From: Pseudomonadota bacterium
Lineage (GTDB): Bacteria > Bdellovibrionota > Bdellovibrionia > Bdellovibrionales > Bdellovibrionaceae
NCBI GenBank assembly: GCA_041178425.1
Contig: JBEGVH010000009.1
Location: forward strand, 96,001-160,000
Length of the DNA: 64,000 bases
Reading direction: 5' to 3'
Made by a program: the position numbers and the translations under genes. The notes beneath the pieces are model-generated. The model saw only the letters and a program-made list of their open reading frames with translations. It was not told the origin of the DNA and ran no database searches. Shown here one piece after another: positions 9,465-18,795 of the stretch; position 1 is the first letter of the stretch, and every line of letters begins with the position of its first letter.

Positions 9465-10697
9465 TCACTGATTATGCGATTCATCCACAACTGGTGGTGC
9501 ATCTTTCGGTTCTTGTTTGGGAATATCAGAACAGTTAAAGTCGGCTTGTTCACTTTTATGGTGGCGAGCATACCAACAAGCTTCTGATTTTAAATCGAAG
9601 CGAAGACGAGCCTTCGAAACACCACTGCAATCGGACGATAAAATTTTAGATGTTAAATAAAAACCATATTGGCTCTTGAGTTCCGTGCATTTTTCAGGAT
9701 TGGCAGGACATTGGTATCTTTGCCCTGGATGTTGCTTCTCCAATTGTTTGACGTTTCGATTAAATAAATTGGGGTGAGAGAGACTACCGACATCATAAAT
9801 CGGGTTAAAATCAACACAGTTAATCCCTTCATCCCAAGCATCGGTAACAAAGTCGCTCCACGTAAATTTACGAATCAAAGATACTTGTCCGTTCTCGCAG
9901 CGAAAGAATGGGCCCTTATCCCAAACTTTTTTTGCCCACGAAGAATCTTTGATAAAACTCGGCGGAGCACCTTTCTCAAAGCGAGTCGCCGACAACCAAA
10001 AAAGTCCACCCGAAAGATCAGCGGCCAAATCACCAAAAGAGTAAACACCGGTCCCAGCAAGACCAAGGGTTCCCTGCTCTGTCATTAAAGTGTGTGACAT
10101 AGCTCGCTTTGACTTGAGCGAGGGTTCAGATTCTTTTTTGTATTCATTGAAAAAAGCCCACCCCTGATCGAAAAAATGGCCGAACTTATCCGTACCCACA
10201 TAATGACCAGATACGCTCACGGAACTCGCAAGAGGAATCTTTTGATTGGCGGCTGATACATAAAATTCAGAAGGAACATGTTCTTTTTTACCAAAATCGG
10301 GGTGGCGATAAATATTTTGGCGATCAAAGGTATGGGCGTCAAGAGACTTACCTTTTGAGCTCATTTCTTTTTTATTCTTCACCGCCGACTCTACACCCAG
10401 TTCAAAAGCCCCTAAAAGGTGTTGGCTGTAGAATTCTTCTTTTAAAATTTTTTCTAGACGATCCGAATCGCATTTCTCTGATCCCGCAAACACTTTTGCC
10501 AAGGTACTTCTGACAGGATTATTGTATTTCTTAACCACGTTTTGCAGCTGCTCATTCACTTTATCGTCAAGAAGGGGGCCTGCGTCTCGAAGCGCTGATT
10601 GCTCCCAACGACGAGAAATATTATCAACTTCGTTGGCAAATAGCCCCTTGGGATGAAAAAAAATAGATAAGAGGATCCAAATCGAATAACTTTTCAC
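9465..10697 (-). CDS. secreted hypothetical protein
   Basis: 410-aa ORF with a signal peptide and several Cys; conserved-looking GTDKFGHFF and GVYSFGDLAA segments. Confidence 0.7.
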   Translation of the reverse strand: MKSYSIWILLSIFFHPKGLFANEVDNISRRWEQSALRDAGPLLDDKVNEQLQNVVKKYNNPVRSTLAKVFAGSEKCDSDRLEKILKEEFYSQHLLGAFELGVESAVKNKKEMSSKGKSLDAHTFDRQNIYRHPDFGKKEHVPSEFYVSAANQKIPLASSVSVSGHYVGTDKFGHFFDQGWAFFNEYKKESEPSLKSKRAMSHTLMTEQGTLGLAGTGVYSFGDLAADLSGGLFWLSATRFEKGAPPSFIKDSSWAKKVWDKGPFFRCENGQVSLIRKFTWSDFVTDAWDEGINCVDFNPIYDVGSLSHPNLFNRNVKQLEKQHPGQRYQCPANPEKCTELKSQYGFYLTSKILSSDCSGVSKARLRFDLKSEACWYARHHKSEQADFNCSDIPKQEPKDAPPVVDESHNQ

Positions 10698-10867
10698 TTT
10701 TGAAACTTCCTCGTCTCACACAAAAAAATGGATTGGATCTTAGCGACCTCATCTCTAGTTAAGATTATCTTTTACCGTCTTATTTGTATACTTTGAATTT
10801 CATACTTTGAAGTTGATCCCTGGCTCACAACCTTGCGCTTTCACCAAAGCCTCGGTAAGCTGATGCT

Positions 10868-11986
10868 ATGCGAACACCAAACGCCAGTTTCTTTTTTTCG
10901 CTGATCTTTGTTTACTTTGGGTTGTTTATTTCGTCTCACACTGAGGCAGCTCAGTCTTACAAAATCAACTACAACTCCTCTACAATCATCAAAGAACACA
11001 GTGTTTGCAAAGTGGTTACAAATTCGAGCACAACAGGTCTAGCCATCTTCGTACCCACGAATTCATCAGGAGAGTGGTCGAGCTTTTATAATAGTCCCTC
11101 ATCAGGGGTTACTGCGGCTAGCTGTAAAGCTCTAGATCTTCTATCGGTCTCATCTGCGGCGGCCTTTAGCCTACGAAAGCTTCGAGTTCTTTACACGGGC
11201 GCTGCCATACGTGTTCGCAATAATAATAACAACGCCGAAGCTGATATAAGCTTCGACTCCTCCGACGCGGTCAGCGCAACGAGTACAGCAACCATCAAAG
11301 TGGTCGGCTCCTCGGGATGGGCCTTAAATAGCACCATGAATTTCAGCTCCTTTTATTCGGGGGCCACAGTTTATGTCACAATCTTTTATGACCAAAGCGG
11401 AAATAATAAAAACCTCGCTCAAGCCAGCACAGCCAACCAACCTCGGATTGTGAATGGCGGATCGCTAGACCTTAATCCCTCGTCCAAAATTGGAATTCAT
11501 TGGTTTGATACCACCAGTCGCTCTCTCGAGGGTAGCGCCCCAATGATAGGCGGGAGTGAGTTTACTGTGAATCTTATTAAGTATGAGCGAACTCGAACAA
11601 CCGTTACAGATTTTATGCTCTCAGCAGATGGCGATTCAGGTGGCCGAATTCTGGGTCACGTACCGTGGAGCGATGGAAACATTTACTTTGATTCAGGCAC
11701 CTGCTGTAACTACCCGCAGAGAATTTCTGGCGCCTCTGGCGTGGCTGCTAATACCACCAACATTTACACCTTCACCAACAGCACTAGTGCCAATCAAAAA
11801 TATATTTATGTGAATACCAATAGTATAGCGTCCGGAGCTGGCGCCGTCGCCACGGTCAACAGAAACGTCCTCGGCAGTGCCAATAATGGCATGTACCATG
11901 AGTACATTATTTTTTCGAGTGTCTTATCCGCAACGGACCGCTCAACTCTACTCGCCAATCAGAAGACTTTCTGGTCAACGCCGTAA
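10868..11986 (+). CDS. secreted Ser/Thr-rich protein with a concanavalin A/LamG-like beta-sandwich domain
   Basis: Signal peptide; AAAFSLRKLRVLYTGAAIRVR, VTIFYDQSGN, ANQPRIV and MYHEYIIF resemble LamG / arabinofuranosidase-B-like modules. Confidence 0.6.
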   Translation: MRTPNASFFFSLIFVYFGLFISSHTEAAQSYKINYNSSTIIKEHSVCKVVTNSSTTGLAIFVPTNSSGEWSSFYNSPSSGVTAASCKALDLLSVSSAAAFSLRKLRVLYTGAAIRVRNNNNNAEADISFDSSDAVSATSTATIKVVGSSGWALNSTMNFSSFYSGATVYVTIFYDQSGNNKNLAQASTANQPRIVNGGSLDLNPSSKIGIHWFDTTSRSLEGSAPMIGGSEFTVNLIKYERTRTTVTDFMLSADGDSGGRILGHVPWSDGNIYFDSGTCCNYPQRISGASGVAANTTNIYTFTNSTSANQKYIYVNTNSIASGAGAVATVNRNVLGSANNGMYHEYIIFSSVLSATDRSTLLANQKTFWSTP

Positions 11987-12007
11987 GCATTAGATACCCC
12001 TAATCCT

Positions 12008-12904
12008 TTATAGTGCTCGAATCATGTAATCAATGCCACCGCGACCGTCACGTAGCACAGCCACCACTATCACCTTGCGTCCGCTCGAAGGCGCCGACGT
12101 TGGAGGATTCCATTCTACTGTTTCACCAGTGCGACCTCGACTCGATTTTATTTTTCCATCAGTAATGAACCAACTCACTTCGAAAGCCTCAGTGAGCGCA
12201 AGAACATCTCCACTGCTTTTCTTATAGTCGTAGTTCTCTGGATTAGTTGCTGACTCGAACGCCAAAAGTGACTCTTCCGAAGGAAGGCTAACCAGAGAAT
12301 TGCCACTCACCTTTAGGTCAATCAGTCCAGGATTTGTGTTGAGTGATGATTTATTCGAAAGGAGCACCCTTCTAAAAGCAGTCAGCTCTCGCCCGCTATC
12401 CACAGACCTTACCTTAGCGACAATAACATAAGGAACACCATTAAATTGTAAAACACTCGAAAACGAACTCCACAGGGTTCTTGGAAAAGGAAGCGTCATC
12501 GCAATAGATCCCGTCGATGGAATCCCCGTTCGTGTTTCGTCGCCAAAAATATCGCTGGCTGCGCCAACCGCAGGTGTCACAGTGACCGTCGTTAAGCTAC
12601 TTGCTACATCCGCATCACTACAATTGGGCTCGGCTCCCACAACGATACCAGGATCGAGACATCCCTGCAGAGAGAGCTCGAGGTTTCCGCTGCCACCAAA
12701 ATCACTTAAAAGAGGGGTCATTACGATACTATAAGAATCAGTACTAGAATTATATTGAAGCTCAGGCTGGTCTACTTTAAGGGCCAAAATCCTTAACCCC
12801 TCGAGCTTCGAATAATCAGGAAAAGGGCTCTCCGAACATCCGATCAAGCCAACAACGATAGGGCACAAAACAAAAACAGTTTGCCATTTCATTTTAAAAT
12901 TCAC
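12008..12904 (-). CDS. lipoprotein encoded downstream of the TonB-dependent receptor
   Basis: Lipobox LIGC; LRILALKVDQPE, SWFITDG, VLRDGRGG. Abuts/overlaps the receptor stop; start may be 12892. Confidence 0.75.
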   Translation of the reverse strand: MNFKMKWQTVFVLCPIVVGLIGCSESPFPDYSKLEGLRILALKVDQPELQYNSSTDSYSIVMTPLLSDFGGSGNLELSLQGCLDPGIVVGAEPNCSDADVASSLTTVTVTPAVGAASDIFGDETRTGIPSTGSIAMTLPFPRTLWSSFSSVLQFNGVPYVIVAKVRSVDSGRELTAFRRVLLSNKSSLNTNPGLIDLKVSGNSLVSLPSEESLLAFESATNPENYDYKKSSGDVLALTEAFEVSWFITDGKIKSSRGRTGETVEWNPPTSAPSSGRKVIVVAVLRDGRGGIDYMIRAL

Positions 12905-15161
12905 CTTTCACACCGAGAGTGGGCAAAACAGGAATTCCACTTATTTCTTGTTTCTCTGCGTAATTATAGGAGTAGGTTAAACTCTCAGGATTTTTCTCAT
13001 TGGTAAGATTTTGAATATCCACATAAGCGGAGAGAATCCACGTGTCGTAAATCCACTGACGATCAATACGAAGATCGAATTGTTTAAAGTCACCATTCCT
13101 CTGACTAAAAACGGCGCCTCTTGATGGAATATACACATCATTGTCGGCATCAAATTGCGAGCCAATCACAGGCGTGTACGGGTTTCCCGTGACATACCGA
13201 AAACGTGCTCCATACCTCCATTCATTGAACTGATAACCCATAAGCAAATTCAACGAATGGGTTTGATCAAAGGCCGATGGCAATACCGGTTTACCGGGGC
13301 TCCATCGGCGGCTCTCAAGCAAAGTGTAGTTAACAATCCAAGACCAATCTTCTTTTTGGTAACGAACTTGAGTTTCGAGCCCGTGAATTCTTCCTAAACC
13401 ATTGTTGTTAAAATTCTCAAATACCTCCACGCCGTCTCGAGTCACTTTACTTGTCGATGAAACCACGAGTCGGTCCAAATCTTTGTAAAAAAGCGAACTC
13501 GAAAGTCGCCATCCATTGGTGGCCCCTTCGCGAAGGTCACGCTCCCAAGCGATGGCATAATGTTTTGCACGCTGGCTTTTTAAATCAGGATTACCGAAAT
13601 CTTCTGATAGATCTTGAGGCTGAGGAACTTGATGATAAAGTCCCGTATTGAGTCTCCACTGCTCAAAGGCCGACGACTGATAGCGTAGCGAAACTCTTGG
13701 TTGAGCCAACAGTTCTTTCGTTGGTCCGAGCTTATCCAGCCGAACTTGTGGCAAAACACTCCAAGGTGAGTCGGGATTTTGGTTAATGAAGGGCTTCCAC
13801 TCGTTCGTCCAAAAAGCACCAATGGATGCCTGACGCCCTTTCACCCGACTTTCTTTAAATTCACCGGAGGACACTGGATTTGCAATTCCCCCCTCGGAAA
13901 AAGTAACAGGAAGTCTCACACTCACATCAAACCAATCATAAAGGTTGTCAAATCCGAGCGTTGTTTTCCAGGACGAATTGATGACCGACTTGTACTCTCC
14001 CAGAGTTGTGAGAGCATTGTTTCGCAAGCGAAAATAGTTTGTTCCCAAATCAAAGGTGATATCGTTAGCACCGTAGGCCATCGAAACTTTCGCTGAATGG
14101 TCTGCGTCGATTTTACGTTCCCAACTGGGCATTATTCGATAAAACTTAGTCTCCTGATTAAAGCTTCCTCTTAATTTAGGATCATTTCCCATGGGCTCAG
14201 CTAAAACAAAAGAGAGCCGATCGTTGGAGGCAATGGTCTGGATCCTTAGCTCATCGCGCTCATTCAACTGTTTTTGATATTGGGTATGAATATCGTAAAA
14301 AGAAGGCGCAACCACCAGATCAAAGTTCTCGTTGTCTTTAGCGATTGCCTCTAGCACTTCGCCAATGTAGGAGATTCGCCCTGAAATAAGATAAGAAGAC
14401 GCTTCGTCGATTGGACCTTCTGCAAGAAAACCTGAATTAAGCGCATCAACAAAGGCCATACCATGGTGTCGGTCTGTTTTCGGCCGACGAGTATTTAAAC
14501 CAATATGCCCACCAATGGCCCGACTCCATTCGGCTCCATGGCCAGCGCTAAAGTAATCAACGCTCTCCACCGCTTCGGGAGTAATGAGAGAGGTCACGCC
14601 ACCAAAGTGAAAAATGAGCGGCACCTCATGGCCCTCAAGATGATAGCGTGTATCTTCGGGTTCGCTTCCCTGAATGACCACTCGGGCACTGCCTCCAGTG
14701 GAGCGATTGATGCCAGGCAAGTTTTGAACAGCCTTGATAGGATCTCCGTTACTACCTGGCATTTGTAAAAACTCTTCTTGAGAGAGATTTTTTTGTGCTG
14801 CTTTTTTTTCTCGAAGACCTCGCACAGTGGTCTCTTGGTAGCGGTAGGATTCTCGCTCAACAAAAAAAGTTGAATCCAATTGTGAGATCTCAGCTGACCA
14901 ACTGAGGTTTTTAGTGAATCTTTTATAGCCACTCACACTGATAACAATTTCACCCGCAAGACCTTCAAGATTAAACTCACGAAACTCAAAGCGACCTTTT
15001 TCATCCGTCACCGCTTTTAATTTGAGTGGCAACAAATAAACATTGACCATTTTGAGGGGTTGACGGGTTCCTTTTTCGAGCACCTGACCCGTGAGCTCAA
15101 GAGCCATTGCCAGTGGCCCCAAAAGGCTTACGAGAAAATAGAGCAAAAAATAGTGGCGCAC
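12894..15161 (-). CDS. TonB-dependent outer-membrane receptor with an N-terminal carboxypeptidase-regulatory-like domain
   Basis: LTGQVLEKGTRQPL N-domain, plug (DPIKAVQNLPGI...GHEVPLIFHFGG), beta-barrel ending LGVKGEF. GTG 15161 gives a signal peptide and removes the overlap with tonB. Confidence 0.9.
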   Translation of the reverse strand: MRHYFLLYFLVSLLGPLAMALELTGQVLEKGTRQPLKMVNVYLLPLKLKAVTDEKGRFEFREFNLEGLAGEIVISVSGYKRFTKNLSWSAEISQLDSTFFVERESYRYQETTVRGLREKKAAQKNLSQEEFLQMPGSNGDPIKAVQNLPGINRSTGGSARVVIQGSEPEDTRYHLEGHEVPLIFHFGGVTSLITPEAVESVDYFSAGHGAEWSRAIGGHIGLNTRRPKTDRHHGMAFVDALNSGFLAEGPIDEASSYLISGRISYIGEVLEAIAKDNENFDLVVAPSFYDIHTQYQKQLNERDELRIQTIASNDRLSFVLAEPMGNDPKLRGSFNQETKFYRIMPSWERKIDADHSAKVSMAYGANDITFDLGTNYFRLRNNALTTLGEYKSVINSSWKTTLGFDNLYDWFDVSVRLPVTFSEGGIANPVSSGEFKESRVKGRQASIGAFWTNEWKPFINQNPDSPWSVLPQVRLDKLGPTKELLAQPRVSLRYQSSAFEQWRLNTGLYHQVPQPQDLSEDFGNPDLKSQRAKHYAIAWERDLREGATNGWRLSSSLFYKDLDRLVVSSTSKVTRDGVEVFENFNNNGLGRIHGLETQVRYQKEDWSWIVNYTLLESRRWSPGKPVLPSAFDQTHSLNLLMGYQFNEWRYGARFRYVTGNPYTPVIGSQFDADNDVYIPSRGAVFSQRNGDFKQFDLRIDRQWIYDTWILSAYVDIQNLTNEKNPESLTYSYNYAEKQEISGIPVLPTLGVKGEF

Positions 15162-15207
15162 GTAGTACCAGCAATTTTTTAGCCAAATATAAAGAACACT
15201 AGTTCCT

Positions 15208-15867
15208 TTAATCGAGAACAAAACGGTATCCATACCTCATCCTCACTGCCACCGGCTGTTGATCGACGAGAGCGGGGCTAAACTTAAATTTTTTAATCGC
15301 ATCGAGAGCAGATTCATTGAGTCCAAATCCGGGACCACTTAATAACAGGGCTTCTCGTACATTCCCTTGCGTATCTATCAATAAATCCATGATCACAACA
15401 CCTTCTACACCTTGTGCACGAGCTTCTGCGGGATAAGGTATACGCATTTCGTTGAGTAGGCGTGGCATTTGAGTCACTAAAAAGTCATCCGTCGGCATCG
15501 GTAGAGCCTCTTCACCAGGCTTTAGCTCTTCTCGATCAACCACTGTGGCTAAAGTATTACCGGCCTTAATCCCAACAGCAGATGCCGAATCGCTGGTGAG
15601 GGTATTATTGCGAAGACCAAAAACCTTACGCGGCTGAACGGAGGGCGTCTTAACCGGCGGCTCCTGCTGACGCACATCCAAGGGCAAAGTCGCGGTGGTT
15701 ACCGTTGGAGCTTCTTTGATTTTAATGGTCACGGGCCTGGGTACGGGCGGAGGTGCAGGAGGCAGCCACTTTTGCAAAAACAGCGTCAGCAAATAGAAAA
15801 AAAGAATTCCCACCAAATGAAGGGCGGCCGACTCCCACAACGGTGAACGCCTCAAAGTATCCCTCAT
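15208..15867 (-). CDS. tonB: energy transducer TonB
   Basis: N-terminal TM with S..LH, Pro-rich linker, YPAEARAQGVEGVV...FKFSPA C-domain. Confidence 0.93.
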   Translation of the reverse strand: MRDTLRRSPLWESAALHLVGILFFYLLTLFLQKWLPPAPPPVPRPVTIKIKEAPTVTTATLPLDVRQQEPPVKTPSVQPRKVFGLRNNTLTSDSASAVGIKAGNTLATVVDREELKPGEEALPMPTDDFLVTQMPRLLNEMRIPYPAEARAQGVEGVVIMDLLIDTQGNVREALLLSGPGFGLNESALDAIKKFKFSPALVDQQPVAVRMRYGYRFVLD

Positions 15868-16280
15868 GGCTTGGATTTCTCAACCTGTATGGCGAATTGT
15901 TGAATTCCCGATGACTTGATAATATCAATGACTCTCATCACATCACCATGGCGAGTTTCGATATCAGCACTCAAAACGGCCTGGGTCTCTGGGTTTTTGC
16001 TAAGAGAATCTAGACAAATTCCTTTTAGTCCTTCGGGTGATTGAAGTTGTCCGTTAACAACCACCTGACCCTCTTTTGTGATCACAACGGCTAAGGTCGA
16101 TAAGCTTTGGGCATCGGCTTCTGTCACCTTGGGTAATTTAAGTTGCACGATGTCTTTCATCATCATCGGTGCAGTGACGATGAATATCACCAGCAGCACC
16201 AGCACGACATCCACAAAGGGTGTAATGTTAATGTCGTTAATGCCCCCAATGTCGCTATCTTCCTTCGCTCCCATGCCCAC
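15864..16280 (-). CDS. exbD: ExbD/TolR biopolymer transport protein
   Basis: INITPFVDVVLVLLVIFIVTAP; LSADIETRHGDVMRVID. Confidence 0.93.
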   Translation of the reverse strand: MGMGAKEDSDIGGINDINITPFVDVVLVLLVIFIVTAPMMMKDIVQLKLPKVTEADAQSLSTLAVVITKEGQVVVNGQLQSPEGLKGICLDSLSKNPETQAVLSADIETRHGDVMRVIDIIKSSGIQQFAIQVEKSKP

Positions 16281-16283
16281 CGG

Positions 16284-16919
16284 TTAAGGTCTCCCTAAAA
16301 ATTGACCAATCAAAGCCTCTTTAATTGAGTCTGCTTCTCGCAAAAACTCTTGAACCCTACGGGAGTAATAATTGAAAGCCACCACTGCCGGGATAGCCAC
16401 TCCCAAACCCACCGCGGTTAAGATGAGAGCCTCGGCTAGAGAATACATAATCTTTTGAGAGTCAATTTGGCCAGTCGACAGCTCACCAAAAGACACGATG
16501 ATTCCTAAAATGGTTCCCAAGAGTCCAACAAAAGGAGACGTTGAACCCAAGGTACCAAGAACTGGGAGACCTCTTTCGAGGGCTGAGCGTTCGCGAATCC
16601 ATTGGCTTGAAATCAATCGCTCTGCGCGTTCGATCGAATCAGAATTGATCGTTGAAGAGCTTTTGCCGTTGCTGGAGGTTAGGAGTATCTGCACGAGATT
16701 GGAACGCCAACCATCCGTTGAGCGAGCCCACGCCACGAGTTCATCTTTTTGATTATTTTCAATCCACTTAAAGAGAGAATCGTTATTGCCATTTTCAGAG
16801 TAGGCTTTAAAAAAACGTCGCCGTTCAAGAATAATAGACACTGACCAAACTGACAAACCCATAAGCCCAAATAAAATCAAGCGAGCGAGCCATTCAACTA
16901 AAACTATCCATGTTGCCAA
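16284..16919 (-). CDS. exbB: ExbB/TolQ (MotA family) proton channel protein
   Basis: SPFVGLLGTILGI and LILTAVGLGVAIPAVVAFN; TTG start with GGAGG RBS. Confidence 0.92.
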   Translation of the reverse strand: MATWIVLVEWLARLILFGLMGLSVWSVSIILERRRFFKAYSENGNNDSLFKWIENNQKDELVAWARSTDGWRSNLVQILLTSSNGKSSSTINSDSIERAERLISSQWIRERSALERGLPVLGTLGSTSPFVGLLGTILGIIVSFGELSTGQIDSQKIMYSLAEALILTAVGLGVAIPAVVAFNYYSRRVQEFLREADSIKEALIGQFLGRP

Positions 16920-16983
16920 CGGACACCTCCATGGTTTCCATTCTCAGGCTATTTTCATGGAGCTAGTATGGCAAGCTTAAACT

Positions 16984-17511
16984 CTAGTCACAATTCACGG
17001 GATCGAAAGTATCAATTGATTCTCCATTGTAGACATCAACACCTGACGGTGTTGCAAAACAAATTTCATCGGAATTTGACGTTTCACGTCTCATTTTTGC
17101 GAAGGAACTTCGATTGTAACTTTCTACCGTTGCCGTGGTTGGAATACTCAGCGTCAGCGTGCGGCCATCACCCTTTGTAGTGGTCGTCGTTGAGTTGCTA
17201 GTGATCGTGGCTTTCACCACGGTGTCAAAGGAGCAATGGGAGTAGGTCTCACTGATACTTTTACAATCACCAACGAACTGAGTTGCCGCAGGAACCCCTT
17301 CATTCACATCGCCTTGAACAAGAATGCCCATGGCCTTATAGGTATCTTTCAAATTGGTCACTTTAAGTTTGTAATGAAGACAGGGTTTCGTTGCCGGAGT
17401 GCACGTGACCTGAATGGAGCTTGCATAGTCTTGGGCCAAATTGGAGCAATTCTGAAAACAAACCATCGTACTTAACAGTATGATTCCAATAAGAATAGTT
17501 TTAAAAAGCAT
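16984..17511 (-). CDS. hypothetical exported/lipoprotein with an FQNC signal
   Basis: Hydrophobic N-terminus ending FQNCS; Cys- and Thr-rich mature part. Confidence 0.65.
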   Translation of the reverse strand: MLFKTILIGIILLSTMVCFQNCSNLAQDYASSIQVTCTPATKPCLHYKLKVTNLKDTYKAMGILVQGDVNEGVPAATQFVGDCKSISETYSHCSFDTVVKATITSNSTTTTTKGDGRTLTLSIPTTATVESYNRSSFAKMRRETSNSDEICFATPSGVDVYNGESIDTFDPVNCD

Positions 17512-17577
17512 AGGTTAATTTTGTTTGATTTGAGCGACTCCGTCAATGCGCTATCTCAAATTAATACGCCACCAGAA

Positions 17578-17589
17578 GGGGACGGAGTC
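17578..17589 (+). repeat. left copy of RAYT-flanking motif GGGGACGGAGTC
   Basis: Exact reverse complement of 18743-18754; a partial inverted copy GACTCCGTC lies at 17536-17544. Confidence 0.65.
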
Positions 17590-17863
17590 TAAACTCCCAA
17601 CTTTCCTCACCATTTCATTCAAATAAATCGTCCGCCCCTTTTTTTTTGCCGCAAATCAATCCATTCTCCACATTCAAACCTTCGAAAACTCTCACACCCC
17701 ACCCACTTCCACACTTCTAAGTTCGCTCTGCTGGGCCAACTTAAAAATATTTACTCAAATTCAGCTTATTTACCTTAAATTAAACGTAATCCTCCATTGC
17801 GTGCCTCCATCAATGAGCCTCGCTTAGGTGTCTTAATTAAAAATCGAATTCACACGGCCGCAT

Positions 17864-18631
17864 CTACGCAGAGTCATTGATCGGACTTTCACCATCGAAC
17901 TCAACCGCTGGAACTTGATGGGCAACTTGGCTTGCTATCTTTTTAATTTTAGCAACAACCTCTAAGATCCAAATCGCATCGCCGATAAAGGCCTTTTTGT
18001 ACATCTGCGAATTGCTGGAGCTATACTCACCGAGGTAGGTGCGAAAGAGTTTGCGATACTTTACTTGTCGTTCCCTCAAGGTTCTCCCCAGCCTCAGATA
18101 CCATTCGGGAGGAGTCAGGAGATGAGTGAACTTTGTTCGCTTGCCGTAGGCGTAAAAGCCATAACTTGAGTAAACATAGTCTTTGAGATTTTCGAGAGTG
18201 CGAACCCCCGCACGAATTGGGTTCGCCTCAACATAGAATTGAACGCGCATTTCGTGTTCGGGATTTTGAATCAGAGGAGTTTTAGGGCGCCCCTCGGCAA
18301 CTTTACCACTCCTGCGGTTCGAACGATTATACCAAATACCAAATAAGGCATGCTGTTGCCTCATCAAACGGGAGAGATTGGGGGAACCATCGGAGTATCC
18401 CACCACCTGATGGAAATGATTGCTCATCGCACAGTAGGCATTAATGACACACTTTTCTTTGAGCTTAGTGGTTTGAAACGATGGTTTGTGTTCGAGGCCG
18501 CGCTCGAGACACTCAAAGTACATGTCTTTGAAACGATTAGATTGGAGGTAGTACTCCTTATTATGGCAGCGCCAGTAGAGGTGAACTTTGCCGGTGATGG
18601 GATATAGCTGTTGGGAACGATTGATTCTCAT
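17864..18631 (-). mobile_element. REP-associated tyrosine transposase (RAYT; IS200/IS605-superfamily Y1 HUH enzyme)
   Basis: HLYWRCHN, AYCAMSNHFH (HUH), YNRSNRRSG, YVEANPIRAG (catalytic Tyr), YVYSSY. No tnpB adjacent. Confidence 0.88.
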
Positions 18632-18742
18632 GGAGGACACAGAGAAGCAAATTGCGTGAAAAGGTGGGAATCAACATAGGGGAAAATAGTGACCGAAAGG
18701 ACAGGTGGGACGACTGATATCGGATGTTTAGAACGGATGTCG

Positions 18743-18754
18743 GACTCCGTCCCC
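18743..18754 (-). repeat. right copy of RAYT-flanking motif (GACTCCGTCCCC on +)
   Basis: Exact reverse complement of 17578-17589; overlaps a GAACGG...CCGTTC hairpin at 18731-18758. Confidence 0.65.
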
Positions 18755-18795
18755 GTTCGAGGAGAGGAGGAGGAGGGTTTTGGTCTTTTTAAAAT

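Noticed and set aside
10821..10836. sigma54 promoter TGGCTCACAACCTTGC
   Set aside because: GG-to-GC spacing is 11 nt rather than the required 10.
15162..15233. Longer N-termini given by the ORF track (TBDR here; likewise nuoCD, lgt, macB, the subtilase and others)
   Set aside because: Downstream starts give better RBS, signal peptides or stop-start coupling and avoid overlaps.
18640..18665. sigma54 promoter for the RAYT gene (minus strand TTTCACGCAATTTGCT)
   Set aside because: The -12 TTGC and spacing fit, but the invariant -24 GG is replaced by TT.
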